A stretch of DNA of 64,000 bases from an uncultured Boseongicola sp. (GCA_964194555.1 CAXMMT010000010.1:1917-65916), one strand, 5' to 3'. Positions 18,793-29,334 are shown, counted from the first letter of the stretch. A program made the numbers and translations. The notes: generated from the sequence alone by a model not told the origin.

Positions 18793-20238
18793 CTAGGGCA
18801 GTTTCACGTACAGGAATTCTTCTGGCATGTTGTGGATGCCCTTGGTCGGTGGGGCGATCCATCCCGCGAACTTTCCCGGGGCAAACTCAGGCTGCATGAG
18901 ACCCTGAATGAAGGCCTCATCGTCTGAGTCGGGCAGCCAACTGCCCCGTTCAGAGACCCATTGATCTTCGGTCAGGACATTGCCGGAGGGCGACACATAG
19001 ATACCCGAGAACTCCCCGATGACACGATTGAAGGCAATATGCGGCAGTCGGATCTCGAAGTTGATCCCGGTGTCGGCTATCACCCGATTCCACCGATTCA
19101 CCCCACCCGAGCAGTCGCCGATGAAATCGTCGCGCAACCTCGCGTTCAGAGCGTTCAACGCCGGCACTTCGATCAGACCCAATACCCCGTCGACCAACTT
19201 GGTCACCGGGTATGTCGCTGCGAGAAGCTGGTGGTCGTCCTCCAGTCGCTCTTCGTGATAGCGACCTTTGACCCCGGCGTTGAAGAATTTGGCGGCGTTG
19301 GTGGACTCCTCGGAGCCGAAGAGGTCCAAAGTCAATGAGAAGTGGAGGTTGGTCTTGCGTTGGATCGTGGGCAGGTCGATGACTCCGAGGGCTCGTACAG
19401 CCTCGGAGTCGTAGGGGTCGTCGATGCCGGCTTGGCTCATCGCCTCGCAGGTCCTCTGAACGATCCGCTGAACGCCGGTGTATCCCACGAACATGTGATG
19501 AGCTTCCTCGGCCAACATGAATCGGCAAGTTCGACTCAGGGGGTCAAAGCCAGACTGGGCAAGAGCCTCGAGTTGCATCTTGCCGTCTCGATCGGTGAAG
19601 AACGTGAACATGAAAAAGGAAAGCCAATCGGGTGTTTCCTCGTTGAACGCTCCCAGCATCCGGGGTCGATCAGCGTTTCCGGATTGTCGGAGCAAAAGCT
19701 CCTGGGCTTCTTCACGCCCGTCGCGGCCGAAGTATTTCTGCAGCAGATAGACCATCGCCCACAGGTGGCGGCCCTCCTCGACGTTCACCTGGAACAGGTT
19801 GCGCATGTCGTATAACGATGGCGCGGTGGAGCCGAGATGGCGTTGTTGCTCCACCGACGCAGGCTCGGTATCTCCCTGGATGACGATCAAACGACGCAGC
19901 ATGGCTCGGTACTCGCCGGGGATCTGCTGCCAGACCGGCTCTCCGAGATGCACACCGCACGGAATTGTCCTGTTCTCCACAGCCGGCGCCAGCAGGATCC
20001 CCCATCGATACTCGGGCATCTTCACATAGTCGAACTTCGCCCATCCGTCCTTTTCGACACTGATCGCCGTGCGGAGATAGACGTCGGCCATCTGGAATCC
20101 GTCGGGGCCCATCGACATCCACCAGTCGAGATATCCGGGATGCCATTCCTCCAGGGCCCGGCGGAGCTTGGGATCGTCGGCGAGTCCGACATTGTTCGGG
20201 ATCAGCGCGTCGTAGTCAACGAGGTCCGAGCTCATCAA
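18793..20238 (-). CDS. boxB: benzoyl-CoA 2,3-epoxidase (oxygenase) subunit B
   Basis: 481 aa, collinear with Azoarcus BoxB as I recall it (IPNNVGL, QGDTEPASVEQQRHLG, NVEEGRHLWAMVYLL, FMLAEEAHH diiron motifs). Confidence 0.85.
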   Translation of the reverse strand: MMSSDLVDYDALIPNNVGLADDPKLRRALEEWHPGYLDWWMSMGPDGFQMADVYLRTAISVEKDGWAKFDYVKMPEYRWGILLAPAVENRTIPCGVHLGEPVWQQIPGEYRAMLRRLIVIQGDTEPASVEQQRHLGSTAPSLYDMRNLFQVNVEEGRHLWAMVYLLQKYFGRDGREEAQELLLRQSGNADRPRMLGAFNEETPDWLSFFMFTFFTDRDGKMQLEALAQSGFDPLSRTCRFMLAEEAHHMFVGYTGVQRIVQRTCEAMSQAGIDDPYDSEAVRALGVIDLPTIQRKTNLHFSLTLDLFGSEESTNAAKFFNAGVKGRYHEERLEDDHQLLAATYPVTKLVDGVLGLIEVPALNALNARLRDDFIGDCSGGVNRWNRVIADTGINFEIRLPHIAFNRVIGEFSGIYVSPSGNVLTEDQWVSERGSWLPDSDDEAFIQGLMQPEFAPGKFAGWIAPPTKGIHNMPEEFLYVKLP

Positions 20239-21881
20239 ACTCTCCTTTTGTCAAAGTCGGGCCGACGGCCGGTGCCGAAGCTTCGCAATGCGCCGCTTTC
20301 GCCGGCAGCATTCGGGCGTTGAAACACCCAGTTCTGCCATGCGGTGAGTCGACCGAAGATCTTGGTCTCCAGTGTCTCGGGCCCAGGGAACCGCAGGTTG
20401 GCCTCCATTCCGGTGAGGGCGTCAGGGCTGAACGATGACCGTTCTTCGAGAATGATCCGGAGTTCGTCGTCCCAGTCGATTTCATCGAGGATGTCCGTGA
20501 CCAATCCTGCCTCCAGTGCCTGCTCGGCCGTCAGCGATACATCGATCGCCTCCAACGCGCGCTGCCTACCGGCATCATCTCCCCAGAATCGCACTTCGAT
20601 ACGCGTGAGTTGCTGAGAGGTCGTCAGCATCGACGTGCTTGATTCTGTGAACAAGAGGATCGCCGGCTTCTCCTCGTCTTCGCGAACCCCCTGGAACATG
20701 TACGACCGATCGGCGGCCAGGACCAGCTCTGCCAGGAATCCGGCGAAACAACTGTGTGGCTCGACGAGGGTCATGATCGTTCGCGAGGTGAGATCGACAC
20801 GCTTGACGACCCTCTTCCAGAGGTGGAGGACCTCGGCGATGAACCAGTCGGAGGAGTGGGCGTGGAGGAACCGGTCGTGTTCGAGTACGGCGTCGAGGTC
20901 GCCGGTAGAGCGAATCAGGATGGTGCCGATCACCAACTCGTTGTTGCGGATGTGCAGTAGGGCATCGTCGAGTTCGCGCGCTAGACGCAAGGGCCAGAAA
21001 TCGGCGCCTTCCTCGGCGGCGGATCCAGCGTCGGCGGGTGACCGCTGGTCGGGCCCGCCGATGATGATTGTGGCGATCCCCGCCGATCGGTCAATCTCGA
21101 CTTTGAGACTCGAGTAGTCCACTCCGTCATCGTGAAAACTCCGATGGAGATCGCTGAGTTTCACACCTCTGGCGTTTGCCGGCCTGGCGGAGAGAGCCGC
21201 CATTCCCGCGGCCCGCTCACTCACCGTCGACTCAAAGGACGAGCTAGCTATCAGCTCGTCGACCAGGTTCCAGTCGAGCGCTCGCTTGCCCTTGATCCCT
21301 TCCTGAACCGTGCAGAAAACATCGGCACGATCTCGCCGGACAAATCGTTTGTCGACAAGGCGTGTCAGTCCGCCCGTCCCCGGGAGAACGCCGAGGAGGG
21401 GCACCTCCGGCAACGAGACACTCGCCGTGCCGTCGTCGATCAACATGATGTGATCGGTTGCCAGCGACAACTCGTAGCCACCGCCGGCGGCCGTTCCGTT
21501 GATGGCGGTCAGGTATCGTTGACCGGAGTGCTCGGTGGCGTCCTCGATAGCGACCCTGGTCTCGTTGGTGAACTTGCAGAAGTTGACTTTGAGTGGATGA
21601 GAGGCTGAGGCGAGCATCGCGATGTTCGCTCCGGAGCAGAAAACGCGATCCTTCAGCGAGCCGATGACAACCGCTCCTACTTCGGGATGCTCGAATCGGA
21701 GTCGTTGAACAGCGTCGGCTAGCTCGATGTCGACGGAGAGGTCGTACGAGTTGAGCTTGAGCTCGTATTCGTCACTGAGTCCTCCGGCGGGATCGACGTC
21801 CATATCCAGATACGCAACTCGGCCGTCGAATCGGAGACGCCAGTGTTTGTATCGATCGGGATGGGTCTGAAAATCGATCAC
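20235..21881 (-). CDS. boxC: 2,3-epoxybenzoyl-CoA dihydrolase (benzoyl-CoA-dihydrodiol lyase)
   Basis: Start set at GTG 21881 (ggagag SD 6-7 nt upstream; MIDFQTHPDRYKHWRL). Crotonase-fold motifs YELKLNSYDLSVDIEL and FCSGANI; 548 aa. ATGA overlap with boxB. Confidence 0.8.
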   Translation of the reverse strand: MIDFQTHPDRYKHWRLRFDGRVAYLDMDVDPAGGLSDEYELKLNSYDLSVDIELADAVQRLRFEHPEVGAVVIGSLKDRVFCSGANIAMLASASHPLKVNFCKFTNETRVAIEDATEHSGQRYLTAINGTAAGGGYELSLATDHIMLIDDGTASVSLPEVPLLGVLPGTGGLTRLVDKRFVRRDRADVFCTVQEGIKGKRALDWNLVDELIASSSFESTVSERAAGMAALSARPANARGVKLSDLHRSFHDDGVDYSSLKVEIDRSAGIATIIIGGPDQRSPADAGSAAEEGADFWPLRLARELDDALLHIRNNELVIGTILIRSTGDLDAVLEHDRFLHAHSSDWFIAEVLHLWKRVVKRVDLTSRTIMTLVEPHSCFAGFLAELVLAADRSYMFQGVREDEEKPAILLFTESSTSMLTTSQQLTRIEVRFWGDDAGRQRALEAIDVSLTAEQALEAGLVTDILDEIDWDDELRIILEERSSFSPDALTGMEANLRFPGPETLETKIFGRLTAWQNWVFQRPNAAGESGALRSFGTGRRPDFDKRRV

Positions 21882-22090
21882 TTTGTGCTCTCCAACGTAA
21901 GTACCGTCGTGGGTCTCGACGAGACAGGGGCGTCGTCTCGCCAGGACGCAGTACGAAGGCGCACCCGGTGCGGTGCGTCGAGGACGAGGACGCCGCGAAC
22001 GGGGTTCGCTGTCCGTCGAGACTTCAGCGTACTTGCGTTGGGGGGCACCTTGGGAGTGTAGGTAGGGCACCCGCGTCCTATTCTTGGCGG

Positions 22091-23230
22091 ATGCCTGACC
22101 AACCGACCACCACCGATCTCAGGGGACTCGGAAGTCTCAAGTGGACCTACTTCGACGAGGACGTTCTCGCCGCCTGGGTTGCGGAGATGGACTTCGGATT
22201 GGCCCCATCGATCACGGCGGCGTTGCATGACGCGGTCGACCGCGGTGATACGGCCTACCTCTCCCCAGCCAAAGAGAATGCGGTGGCCGACGCCGCTGTT
22301 GCTTTCTGGGCCGATCGTCTCGACTGGAAAGTGACTGCCGATCGGGTGTTTTCGGTCCCCGATGTTGTCGAAGGCATCCGGCACGCCATCGTTCATCTCA
22401 CCGTGCCGGGCTCGGCTGTGGCGCTGCACACCCCGGCGTATTATCCGTTCTTCTCGATGGTGGAGCGTGCCGACAGGTCCGTCGTCGAGGTGCCCGCCAA
22501 GCGTGACGCCGAAGGCGTTTCCCGGATCGACGTCGACGGAGTGGATCGAGCCTTTGGGGAGGGGGCTGGCTCGCTGGTTCTCTGCAATCCGTGGAACCCG
22601 ACCGGTCGCAGTCTGTCGGCTACCGAAATCGAGGAGGTCGTAGCTGTCGCCGCTTCCCACGGTGGGCGCATCATCTCAGACGAGATCCATGCAGTTCTGA
22701 CCTATGAGGGATCAGAGCACGTTCCAGCAGCGTCGGTGGATCCTGAGACAGTGGTGACCGTGACCTCAGCTTCCAAGGCGTGGAACCTACCGGGTCTCAA
22801 ATGTGCTCAGGTTGTTCTGACGAACGACGCGGACATTGATCCCTGGAGCGACTATTTCACGTTCGAGAAAAGGGTGGCTGTGGGCACCTTCGGGTTGGTC
22901 GCCAGTGCGGCCGCCTATGACGGCGGCGAGGCGTTCCTGAACGAAGTCATGCTGCGTCTCGAGGTCAACCGCAAACTTCTTGGCGATCTGATCGCTGCTC
23001 ACCTGCCTGGCGTCGTGTACACCCCACCGGAGGCAACCTATCTCGCCTGGCTCGACTTCCGGCCGTACGGGCTGGAGATGCCTGCCGAGTTTCTGCTGTC
23101 CCACGCCCGCGTTGCGCTGTCCGAAGGGGCTCCGTTCGGTGCGGGTGGTGAGGGTCATGCCCGTCTCAACTTCGCCACATCCCCATCGATCCTCACCGAG
23201 ATGGTCGAACGGATCGGTGCTGCGCTGTAA
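22091..23230 (+). CDS. PLP-dependent aminotransferase class I/II, MalY/PatB-like C-S lyase
   Basis: Start at ATG 22091. GSLKWTYFDEDVLAAWVAEMDF, LCNPWNPTG and the SASKAWNLPGLK (PLP lysine) motifs; 379 aa. Confidence 0.75.
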   Translation: MPDQPTTTDLRGLGSLKWTYFDEDVLAAWVAEMDFGLAPSITAALHDAVDRGDTAYLSPAKENAVADAAVAFWADRLDWKVTADRVFSVPDVVEGIRHAIVHLTVPGSAVALHTPAYYPFFSMVERADRSVVEVPAKRDAEGVSRIDVDGVDRAFGEGAGSLVLCNPWNPTGRSLSATEIEEVVAVAASHGGRIISDEIHAVLTYEGSEHVPAASVDPETVVTVTSASKAWNLPGLKCAQVVLTNDADIDPWSDYFTFEKRVAVGTFGLVASAAAYDGGEAFLNEVMLRLEVNRKLLGDLIAAHLPGVVYTPPEATYLAWLDFRPYGLEMPAEFLLSHARVALSEGAPFGAGGEGHARLNFATSPSILTEMVERIGAAL

Positions 23231-23245
23231 CGACTCGAGCCTTGC

Positions 23246-24589
23246 TCAGGCCCGGTCATGACGTTCCAGTATTCGGTCGATTGCCTCGAGACGCTGTCTG
23301 ATCTCGCTCTCCTCGCCATGATCTCCCGGTCTGAAGACCACCTGAGGCTCGACTCCGTCGGGAAAGTACTGCTGGGCGACGACTCCCTTTGGGTCACTGT
23401 GTGGATAGACGTAGTCCGCACCGTGCCCGAGGACACGCGCGCCTTGATACCCCGTGGAGCGAAGAGGGAGCGGGACGCTTGGTGTTGGCCCGTTCTGTAC
23501 CAGCTCCTTGGCTGCCTGGATTGCACGACCGACCGAGTTGGACTTCGGAGCGGTCGCCAGGTGGATCGTGGCGTGGGCGAGGTGGTAGGTCGCCTCCGGA
23601 AGCCCGACGTATGCCAGGGCCTGCGAGGCGGCCACGGCCACCTGAAGGGCACTCGAATCGGCAAGCCCGATGTCTTCCGAAGCCAGGATCACCAGTCTCC
23701 GAACGATGAACTCCGGGTCTTCGCCTCCCTCGAGCATGAGAAAGAGCCAGTAGAGGGCTGCGTCGGGGTCGGAGCCCCGTACCGACTTGATGAACGCGGA
23801 GATCACGTCGTAGTGAGAGTCTCCGGTCTTGTCGTACCGGACGATTCTGCGCTGTAGCGCTTCGGCAACGTCGGCTTCGGAGATCTCGGATCTGTGCTCA
23901 GCTTCGGCAAGAAGGGCAGCGACCTCCAGCGCGTTCAACGACTGCCGTGCGTCGCCACCGGTTCGGGTCGCCAACTCGACGGCCACATCCGGCGAAAGTT
24001 CGAGACCCATTGCTCCGAGCCCCCGATCTTCATCTCGCAATGCGGTTTCCAGGAGTGGAGTCAGATCATCGGGAAGTAGTGGCTCGAGACGGAACAGGGT
24101 CACCCTGCTCATCAGAGGACCGTTGATCTCGAAGAAGGGGTTCTCGGTGGTGGCTCCGATCAGGGTCAGGGTTCCGTCTTCCACACCCGGCAGGAGAGCA
24201 TCCTGCTGGTTCTTTGCGAACCGATGGATCTCGTCCAAAAAGAGCACCGTTCTCCGCTCGTCGGTTGCCAACCTTTCCTTGGCATCGGCCAGCACCTGGC
24301 GGATGTCCTTCACACCGGCGGATGTGGCGGAGAGGGTGGTGAATTCGGCGTCTGCTTGGGCAGCTACCAGACGGGCGAGAGTTGTCTTGCCGGTACCGGG
24401 TGGGCCCCAGAGCAGCATTGACACGGGGCGACCTGACTCCGCTATTCGTCTGAAGGCGGAGCCTGGAGAGAGGAGGTCAACCTGTCCGACCACCTCGTCA
24501 AGAGATCGCGGGCGCATGCGGGTCGCCAACGGTGCCGAGGAGAACGCCAGGTCGTCGGCTCTCGCGGAGAAGAGGTCGCTCATGGACAA
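23246..24589 (-). CDS. rarA: replication-associated recombination protein A (AAA+ ATPase)
   Basis: 447 aa. MRPRSLDEVVGQ, Walker A GPPGTGKTT, FLDEIHRF, and the C-terminal MgsA domain (YDVISAFIKSVRGSDPDAALYW). Confidence 0.9.
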   Translation of the reverse strand: MSMSDLFSARADDLAFSSAPLATRMRPRSLDEVVGQVDLLSPGSAFRRIAESGRPVSMLLWGPPGTGKTTLARLVAAQADAEFTTLSATSAGVKDIRQVLADAKERLATDERRTVLFLDEIHRFAKNQQDALLPGVEDGTLTLIGATTENPFFEINGPLMSRVTLFRLEPLLPDDLTPLLETALRDEDRGLGAMGLELSPDVAVELATRTGGDARQSLNALEVAALLAEAEHRSEISEADVAEALQRRIVRYDKTGDSHYDVISAFIKSVRGSDPDAALYWLFLMLEGGEDPEFIVRRLVILASEDIGLADSSALQVAVAASQALAYVGLPEATYHLAHATIHLATAPKSNSVGRAIQAAKELVQNGPTPSVPLPLRSTGYQGARVLGHGADYVYPHSDPKGVVAQQYFPDGVEPQVVFRPGDHGEESEIRQRLEAIDRILERHDRA

Positions 24590-24616
24590 CAGACGGTACC
24601 CAATGGTGCACTTAGA

Positions 24617-25957
24617 GTGTTCCCGGTGTCCACCGTGATGCCTGAACCCGCAGCTCGCCTGGTCCGCAGGTACTACGTATATGGGGGCATCTACACCCTG
24701 GCCGCATCGATCATTTGGGGTGTCAACACCTTGTTCCTGCTTGACGCAGGGCTGTCCATATCAGAGGTGTTCATCGCCAACGCGGCGTGGGCGGCGGGGA
24801 CCATGATCTTCGAGATTCCCACCGGAGTCGTCGCCGACACTTTGGGACGTCGGATCTCGTTTCTTCTGTCACTGGTGGTCCTGGCGGTCACCACCTTCTT
24901 GTATGTCGGTCTGGCTCAGGTGGGGGGTGGGTTGGTTGCGTTTGCCGCGGTGTCGGTGTTGATCGGTCTGGGTTTCACCTTCTATTCAGGTGCGATGGAG
25001 GCCTGGCTCGTCGACGGGCTTCGATTCCATGGATACGACGGTGAGTTGGACCAGGTGTTCAGCCGGGGGCAGATCATCAGCGGTGCAGCGATGTTGTTGG
25101 GCACAGTTGGTGGCGGTCTACTCGGTCAGATCGATCTCGCTCTCCCATTCCTGGTGAGGTCGGGACTCCTTCTGGTATTGCTGGTGTTGGCTTTCATCGG
25201 AATGCATGATCTTGGTTTCGAGCCGCGTCGCGTCCCCTTGCGTCAGATCCCCCCAGAGGCCGCCAAGATCGGGCGCGCCGGGGTTCGATTCGGATGGCAT
25301 CATCGCTCACTGCGACTGCTGATGCTCGCAACCGCGGTTCAGATGGGTGTCTTCGCCTGGGCCTGGTATGCCTGGCAGCCATATTTCCTGGAGTTGCTCG
25401 GTCAAGACCTCGTATGGGTGGCGGGAGTGGTGGCTGCCCTGCTGGCCATCTCGATGATGCTGGGGAACTGGATCGCGGGGATAGTCACCCGGTGGTGTGG
25501 GCGCCGGACCACGCTGTTTCTCGGGGCAGGCGGCGTCTTCTCCATCGCCCTGATCGGTGTCGGTGTCGTCGATTCCTTCGTTCCAGCGGTGGCGTTGCTC
25601 TTCTTGGGTGGTGTTGCCCTCGGTGTTCAGATGCCGGTACGCCAGGCGTTCGTGCACAACGTGGTTCCATCTGAGCAACGGGCGACTGTCGTCTCGTTCG
25701 ACTCGATGATCTCGGGCGGCGGCAGCGTCGTGGGTCAGACAGGTCTTGGCGCCTTGTCCGATCGACAGGGATTCTCCGCCGGATACGTGGTCGGCGGTCT
25801 GGTGACACTTCTGGCTTTGCCATTACTGGGGCTGGTTCGTCGCCAACGTGACGATTCCGACTTTTTCGAAGGCTCCAGACCGGAGTTCGCTTGTGCAGCC
25901 CCGGGTGTGCCGGCCGTCTCCGGGTTGGATGGTGGCGTGACCGTGGACAACCGGTGA
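24617..25957 (+). CDS. MFS transporter
   Basis: 446 aa with about 12 predicted TM segments. MFS signature ADTLGRR after TM2. Confidence 0.75.
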   Translation: MFPVSTVMPEPAARLVRRYYVYGGIYTLAASIIWGVNTLFLLDAGLSISEVFIANAAWAAGTMIFEIPTGVVADTLGRRISFLLSLVVLAVTTFLYVGLAQVGGGLVAFAAVSVLIGLGFTFYSGAMEAWLVDGLRFHGYDGELDQVFSRGQIISGAAMLLGTVGGGLLGQIDLALPFLVRSGLLLVLLVLAFIGMHDLGFEPRRVPLRQIPPEAAKIGRAGVRFGWHHRSLRLLMLATAVQMGVFAWAWYAWQPYFLELLGQDLVWVAGVVAALLAISMMLGNWIAGIVTRWCGRRTTLFLGAGGVFSIALIGVGVVDSFVPAVALLFLGGVALGVQMPVRQAFVHNVVPSEQRATVVSFDSMISGGGSVVGQTGLGALSDRQGFSAGYVVGGLVTLLALPLLGLVRRQRDDSDFFEGSRPEFACAAPGVPAVSGLDGGVTVDNR

Positions 25958-26021
25958 GACGGTATGCCCGCGGTGAGATCGATCGTGATGAGGATCTGCA
26001 GCGAAAGGGCGATCTCGAGAA

Positions 26022-26423
26022 ATGACAGGTCATCCGCGGATCGCGAAGTCGCTTCTCGTGGGTGCCGTGTTGATGCTGGCGGCCACCGCGTGCGGTGCCC
26101 GTGCCGACGACGAGATCGAAGAGCAGGATCCGGTACTGGTCGCCGAGGGCGCCGATCTCTACGAGGCCTTCTGCGCCGAATGCCACGGAAGCGATCTACG
26201 TGGGACGGACCTGGGCCCTTCTCATCTGTCGATCGTCTACGAGCCGGGTCACCATGGAGACGGTGCGTTTCAGATCGCGGTTCTGATCGGTGTTACTCCC
26301 CATCACTGGGACTTTGGGCCGATGCCTCCGATCGAGGGGCTCAGCGAGGATGACGTGGATGCGATCATCGCATACGTCCGCCAGAGCCAGCGTGAGGAGG
26401 GGTTCGAGCCGTATCCACCATGA
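26022..26423 (+). CDS. c-type cytochrome lipoprotein
   Basis: 133 aa. Lipobox LAATACG and haem-binding CAECHG. Confidence 0.7.
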   Translation: MTGHPRIAKSLLVGAVLMLAATACGARADDEIEEQDPVLVAEGADLYEAFCAECHGSDLRGTDLGPSHLSIVYEPGHHGDGAFQIAVLIGVTPHHWDFGPMPPIEGLSEDDVDAIIAYVRQSQREEGFEPYPP

Positions 26424-26488
26424 CCGGGCACCATGAATAACCCGCTCGCTGGCGTAATCTGGCCGACAATCGACCCGAAATCTGGAGT

Positions 26489-27085
26489 ATGGCGAAGACA
26501 CAAAAGGGCAGCTCCGGAAAGAACCCCGTCCAGAACTCCACCAGTCCGTGGCCGAAGCGACTGATGGTCGTTGGTGGTTTCGTTGCTTTCGTCTTGCTGG
26601 TTGTATTCGTCCTGGAGGGCACGCTGAACGAGCCAGTGGGTGGCGTGCCTGATGGAACCGAGGAAGTCGCAGTCGGAGCCCCTCAGCATGTGGATGGGGT
26701 GATATACGCCGAAGACGAAGTTCCGGCAGGAGGCGAGCACTCGCCGATCTGGGCCAACTGCGGGTTCTATAACGAACGCGTGGCCGCCGAGAACGCCGTT
26801 CACTCATTGGAGCATGGAGCGGTCTGGATCACCTACCGACCGGACCTGCCTTCCGACCAGCTCGACATTCTCCGTGGTCTTGCCCGACCGGTCGAGAAGG
26901 TGCTGGCAAGCCCGGTCCATGGCCAGGATTCACCAATCATGGCCACTGCATGGGGGACGCAACTCGAACTGCCCAGCGCTGACGACCCTCGGCTTGACCA
27001 GTTCGTGGTCGAGTTCGCCGGCAGCCACAACGCCCCCGAGCCAGGCGGGGCATGCACCCGTGGCGTGGGGTCGCCCGACGGTTGA
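26489..27085 (+). CDS. DUF3105 domain membrane-anchored protein
   Basis: 198 aa with an N-terminal TM segment. VHSLEHGAVWITYRPDLP is the DUF3105 core. Commonly found next to copper/cytochrome genes. Confidence 0.65.
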   Translation: MAKTQKGSSGKNPVQNSTSPWPKRLMVVGGFVAFVLLVVFVLEGTLNEPVGGVPDGTEEVAVGAPQHVDGVIYAEDEVPAGGEHSPIWANCGFYNERVAAENAVHSLEHGAVWITYRPDLPSDQLDILRGLARPVEKVLASPVHGQDSPIMATAWGTQLELPSADDPRLDQFVVEFAGSHNAPEPGGACTRGVGSPDG

Positions 27086-27127
27086 TCTGTTTCTTTGGTG
27101 GCGGCGACGCTGAAAGACGCCACGGGA

Positions 27128-29173
27128 CTAAACGGAGAGATCTACCCGACGCAGAAGTTGGGCGTTTAGCGCGACGATGATGGTGCTGAGCGACATGAAG
27201 ACAGCGCCCAACGCCGGCGGCAACACGAATCCCACAGGCGCCAGAACACCCATGGCGAGTGGGATCATGACGATGTTGTAACCGGCCCCCCACCAAACAT
27301 TCTGGAGCTGTTTACGGTAACTGGCCGAACTGAGCTTGAGGATCCTCACCACGTCGATCGGGTTGCTCTTTACCAGGACCAGGTCAGCCGACTGCACCGC
27401 AACATCGGTGCCGCTGCCGATGGCGATTCCGATATCGGCCCTGGTCAGCGCGGGGGCATCGTTGACCCCGTCACCAACCATCCCCACTCGACGTCCTCCG
27501 TCCTGGAGTTCGATGACATGGCGGTCTTTGTCCGCAGGCAGAACCTCGGCGAAATAGGTGTCGAGACCGAGATCGCTCGACACGGCTTTGGCCACATCTC
27601 TGCTATCACCGGTGAGCATCGCAACCTTCACGCCTATTGCCTGGAGCGCACCGACTGCCACTCTGCTCTCGGGGCGAATCACGTCGGACAGAGCTATCGC
27701 TGCGATGATGGTGCTGTCCTTGACCACATAGACGACCGACTCGCCGCGATCCCCGGCGTGGGACGCGAACTCCGTCAAGACACCCGATGGGACGAGTTCG
27801 ACGAACTCGATCAAACGCGGCCCTCCCACGTGAACCGTGCTCTCGTTAATCACCCCTTTCACCCCACGCCCTTTCAGGATCTCGAACTGAGAGATCTCCG
27901 GTATGGTGACCGAGCCTTCTTCGGCAGCCTGGCGAATGGCTCGGGCCAACGGATGCTCCGAATCGCCTTCAACGGCAGCGGCCATTCCGAGAGCGTCTTC
28001 TGGTGAGATCCCATCGACGGTGGCGAATTCGACAACCCCGATTCTGCCCTCGGTGAGTGTGCCGGTCTTGTCGAACATGATGATGTCGAGATCCTTGGCG
28101 GTGTCGATGGCCTCCCGATTCCTGATCAGCGTTCCGTTCTTGGCGGCAATCGCGGTGGTATTCGCCACTACGAGAGGAATGGCCAGACCCAGGGCGTGGG
28201 GACAGGCGATTACCAGCACGGTCACCACAATGGCGATCGTGTGGGGATCAAAGCCCCCGAAGAAGATGGTCCAGCCGATGGCTGCGATGCCCGCGGCAGC
28301 GAGTGCTGTCCAGAACAGAAGCGATGCAGCCCGGTCGGCGAGAAGCTGAGTTCTCGACTTGGAGGCCTGGGCCTCGGCCACCAGTTTCATGATCCCCGAC
28401 AGGGCGGTGTCATCGCCCACGGCGCCGACCCTCACCCTCAGGCTGCCACTCCCGCTATTCACGGTTCCGGCGATGACCGGGTCACCCTCGGCCTTTTTCA
28501 CCGCCTTGGACTCGCCGGTGATCATAGCTTCGTCGACATCGGACGACCCTGAGACCACCACGCCGTCAGCCGGAGCACTCGCCCCGGGCCGGACCAGCAC
28601 CACGTCGTCCACCACCAACGATTCGGGCGCTCTCTCCTCAACGGTTCCATCGGCCAGTACCACTTCTGCGGTATCTGGCATGAGTTTGGCCAGGGCATCC
28701 AGCGCCCCCGAAGCCTGGCGGACGGCGCGCATCTCCATCCAATGGCCCAACAACATGATGTCCACCAGCGTGACCAGCTCCCAGAAGAAGTCGTCCCCGA
28801 GATCCCAAACGAGAGTCGCCATCGAGAAGACATACGCCACAACTATGGCCAGAGCGATCAGTGTCATCATCGCCGGACTCCGATCCCTCAACTCCCATCC
28901 CGCCATCTGCACGAACGGCCAGCCTCCGTAGAAGAACACGGCACTGGCGAGGACAGGGACGATTAGCCAACTTCCAAAGAACTCGGGTGCGGTGTATCCG
29001 AACCAGCCCTGGATCGATTCACTCCAGAAGAGAACCGGAAAGCTCAGGACCAGACTGACCCAGAACCGCTGGCGGAATATTGTCTCGTGGTCGGTGTGAT
29101 CGTGATGCCCACCCGAGGCCTCCATGTGGTCGTGGTCACCGCCGTGCTCGTGATCTCCCGCCGGCTGCTCCAT
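27128..29173 (-). CDS. copB: copper-translocating P1B-type ATPase, CopB-like (His-rich N-terminus)
   Basis: His-rich N-terminus MEQPAGDHEHGGDHDHMEASGGHHDHTDHE. CPH in TM6 (VIACPHALGLA), DKTGTLT, GDGVNDAP. The start is uncertain: ATG 29173 is chosen, and ATG 29221 is also possible. Confidence 0.8.
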   Translation of the reverse strand: MEQPAGDHEHGGDHDHMEASGGHHDHTDHETIFRQRFWVSLVLSFPVLFWSESIQGWFGYTAPEFFGSWLIVPVLASAVFFYGGWPFVQMAGWELRDRSPAMMTLIALAIVVAYVFSMATLVWDLGDDFFWELVTLVDIMLLGHWMEMRAVRQASGALDALAKLMPDTAEVVLADGTVEERAPESLVVDDVVLVRPGASAPADGVVVSGSSDVDEAMITGESKAVKKAEGDPVIAGTVNSGSGSLRVRVGAVGDDTALSGIMKLVAEAQASKSRTQLLADRAASLLFWTALAAAGIAAIGWTIFFGGFDPHTIAIVVTVLVIACPHALGLAIPLVVANTTAIAAKNGTLIRNREAIDTAKDLDIIMFDKTGTLTEGRIGVVEFATVDGISPEDALGMAAAVEGDSEHPLARAIRQAAEEGSVTIPEISQFEILKGRGVKGVINESTVHVGGPRLIEFVELVPSGVLTEFASHAGDRGESVVYVVKDSTIIAAIALSDVIRPESRVAVGALQAIGVKVAMLTGDSRDVAKAVSSDLGLDTYFAEVLPADKDRHVIELQDGGRRVGMVGDGVNDAPALTRADIGIAIGSGTDVAVQSADLVLVKSNPIDVVRILKLSSASYRKQLQNVWWGAGYNIVMIPLAMGVLAPVGFVLPPALGAVFMSLSTIIVALNAQLLRRVDLSV

Positions 29174-29334
29174 GTCGTGTTCGCCAAGAGTGCATATTCG
29201 ACAGCATGTGCAATGTTCCATCGAGGGCGCGGATGAGCCGTGGGTCTGGCCGGTATCGGTTGTGGGGTTGTGTGTCGTCACAGCGAGCTCTGGCGGGTAC
29301 TCTCGGAATCGATCAGATCCGAGAGGAGGTGAAG

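Noticed and set aside
21913-22022. Palindrome gtctcgacgagac (21913-21925) and a related half-site cgtcgagac (22014-22022) in the boxC/aminotransferase divergent region, considered as an operator
   Set aside because: It is short and imperfect, does not resemble any box-pathway regulator site I know, and cannot be distinguished from chance in GC-rich DNA.
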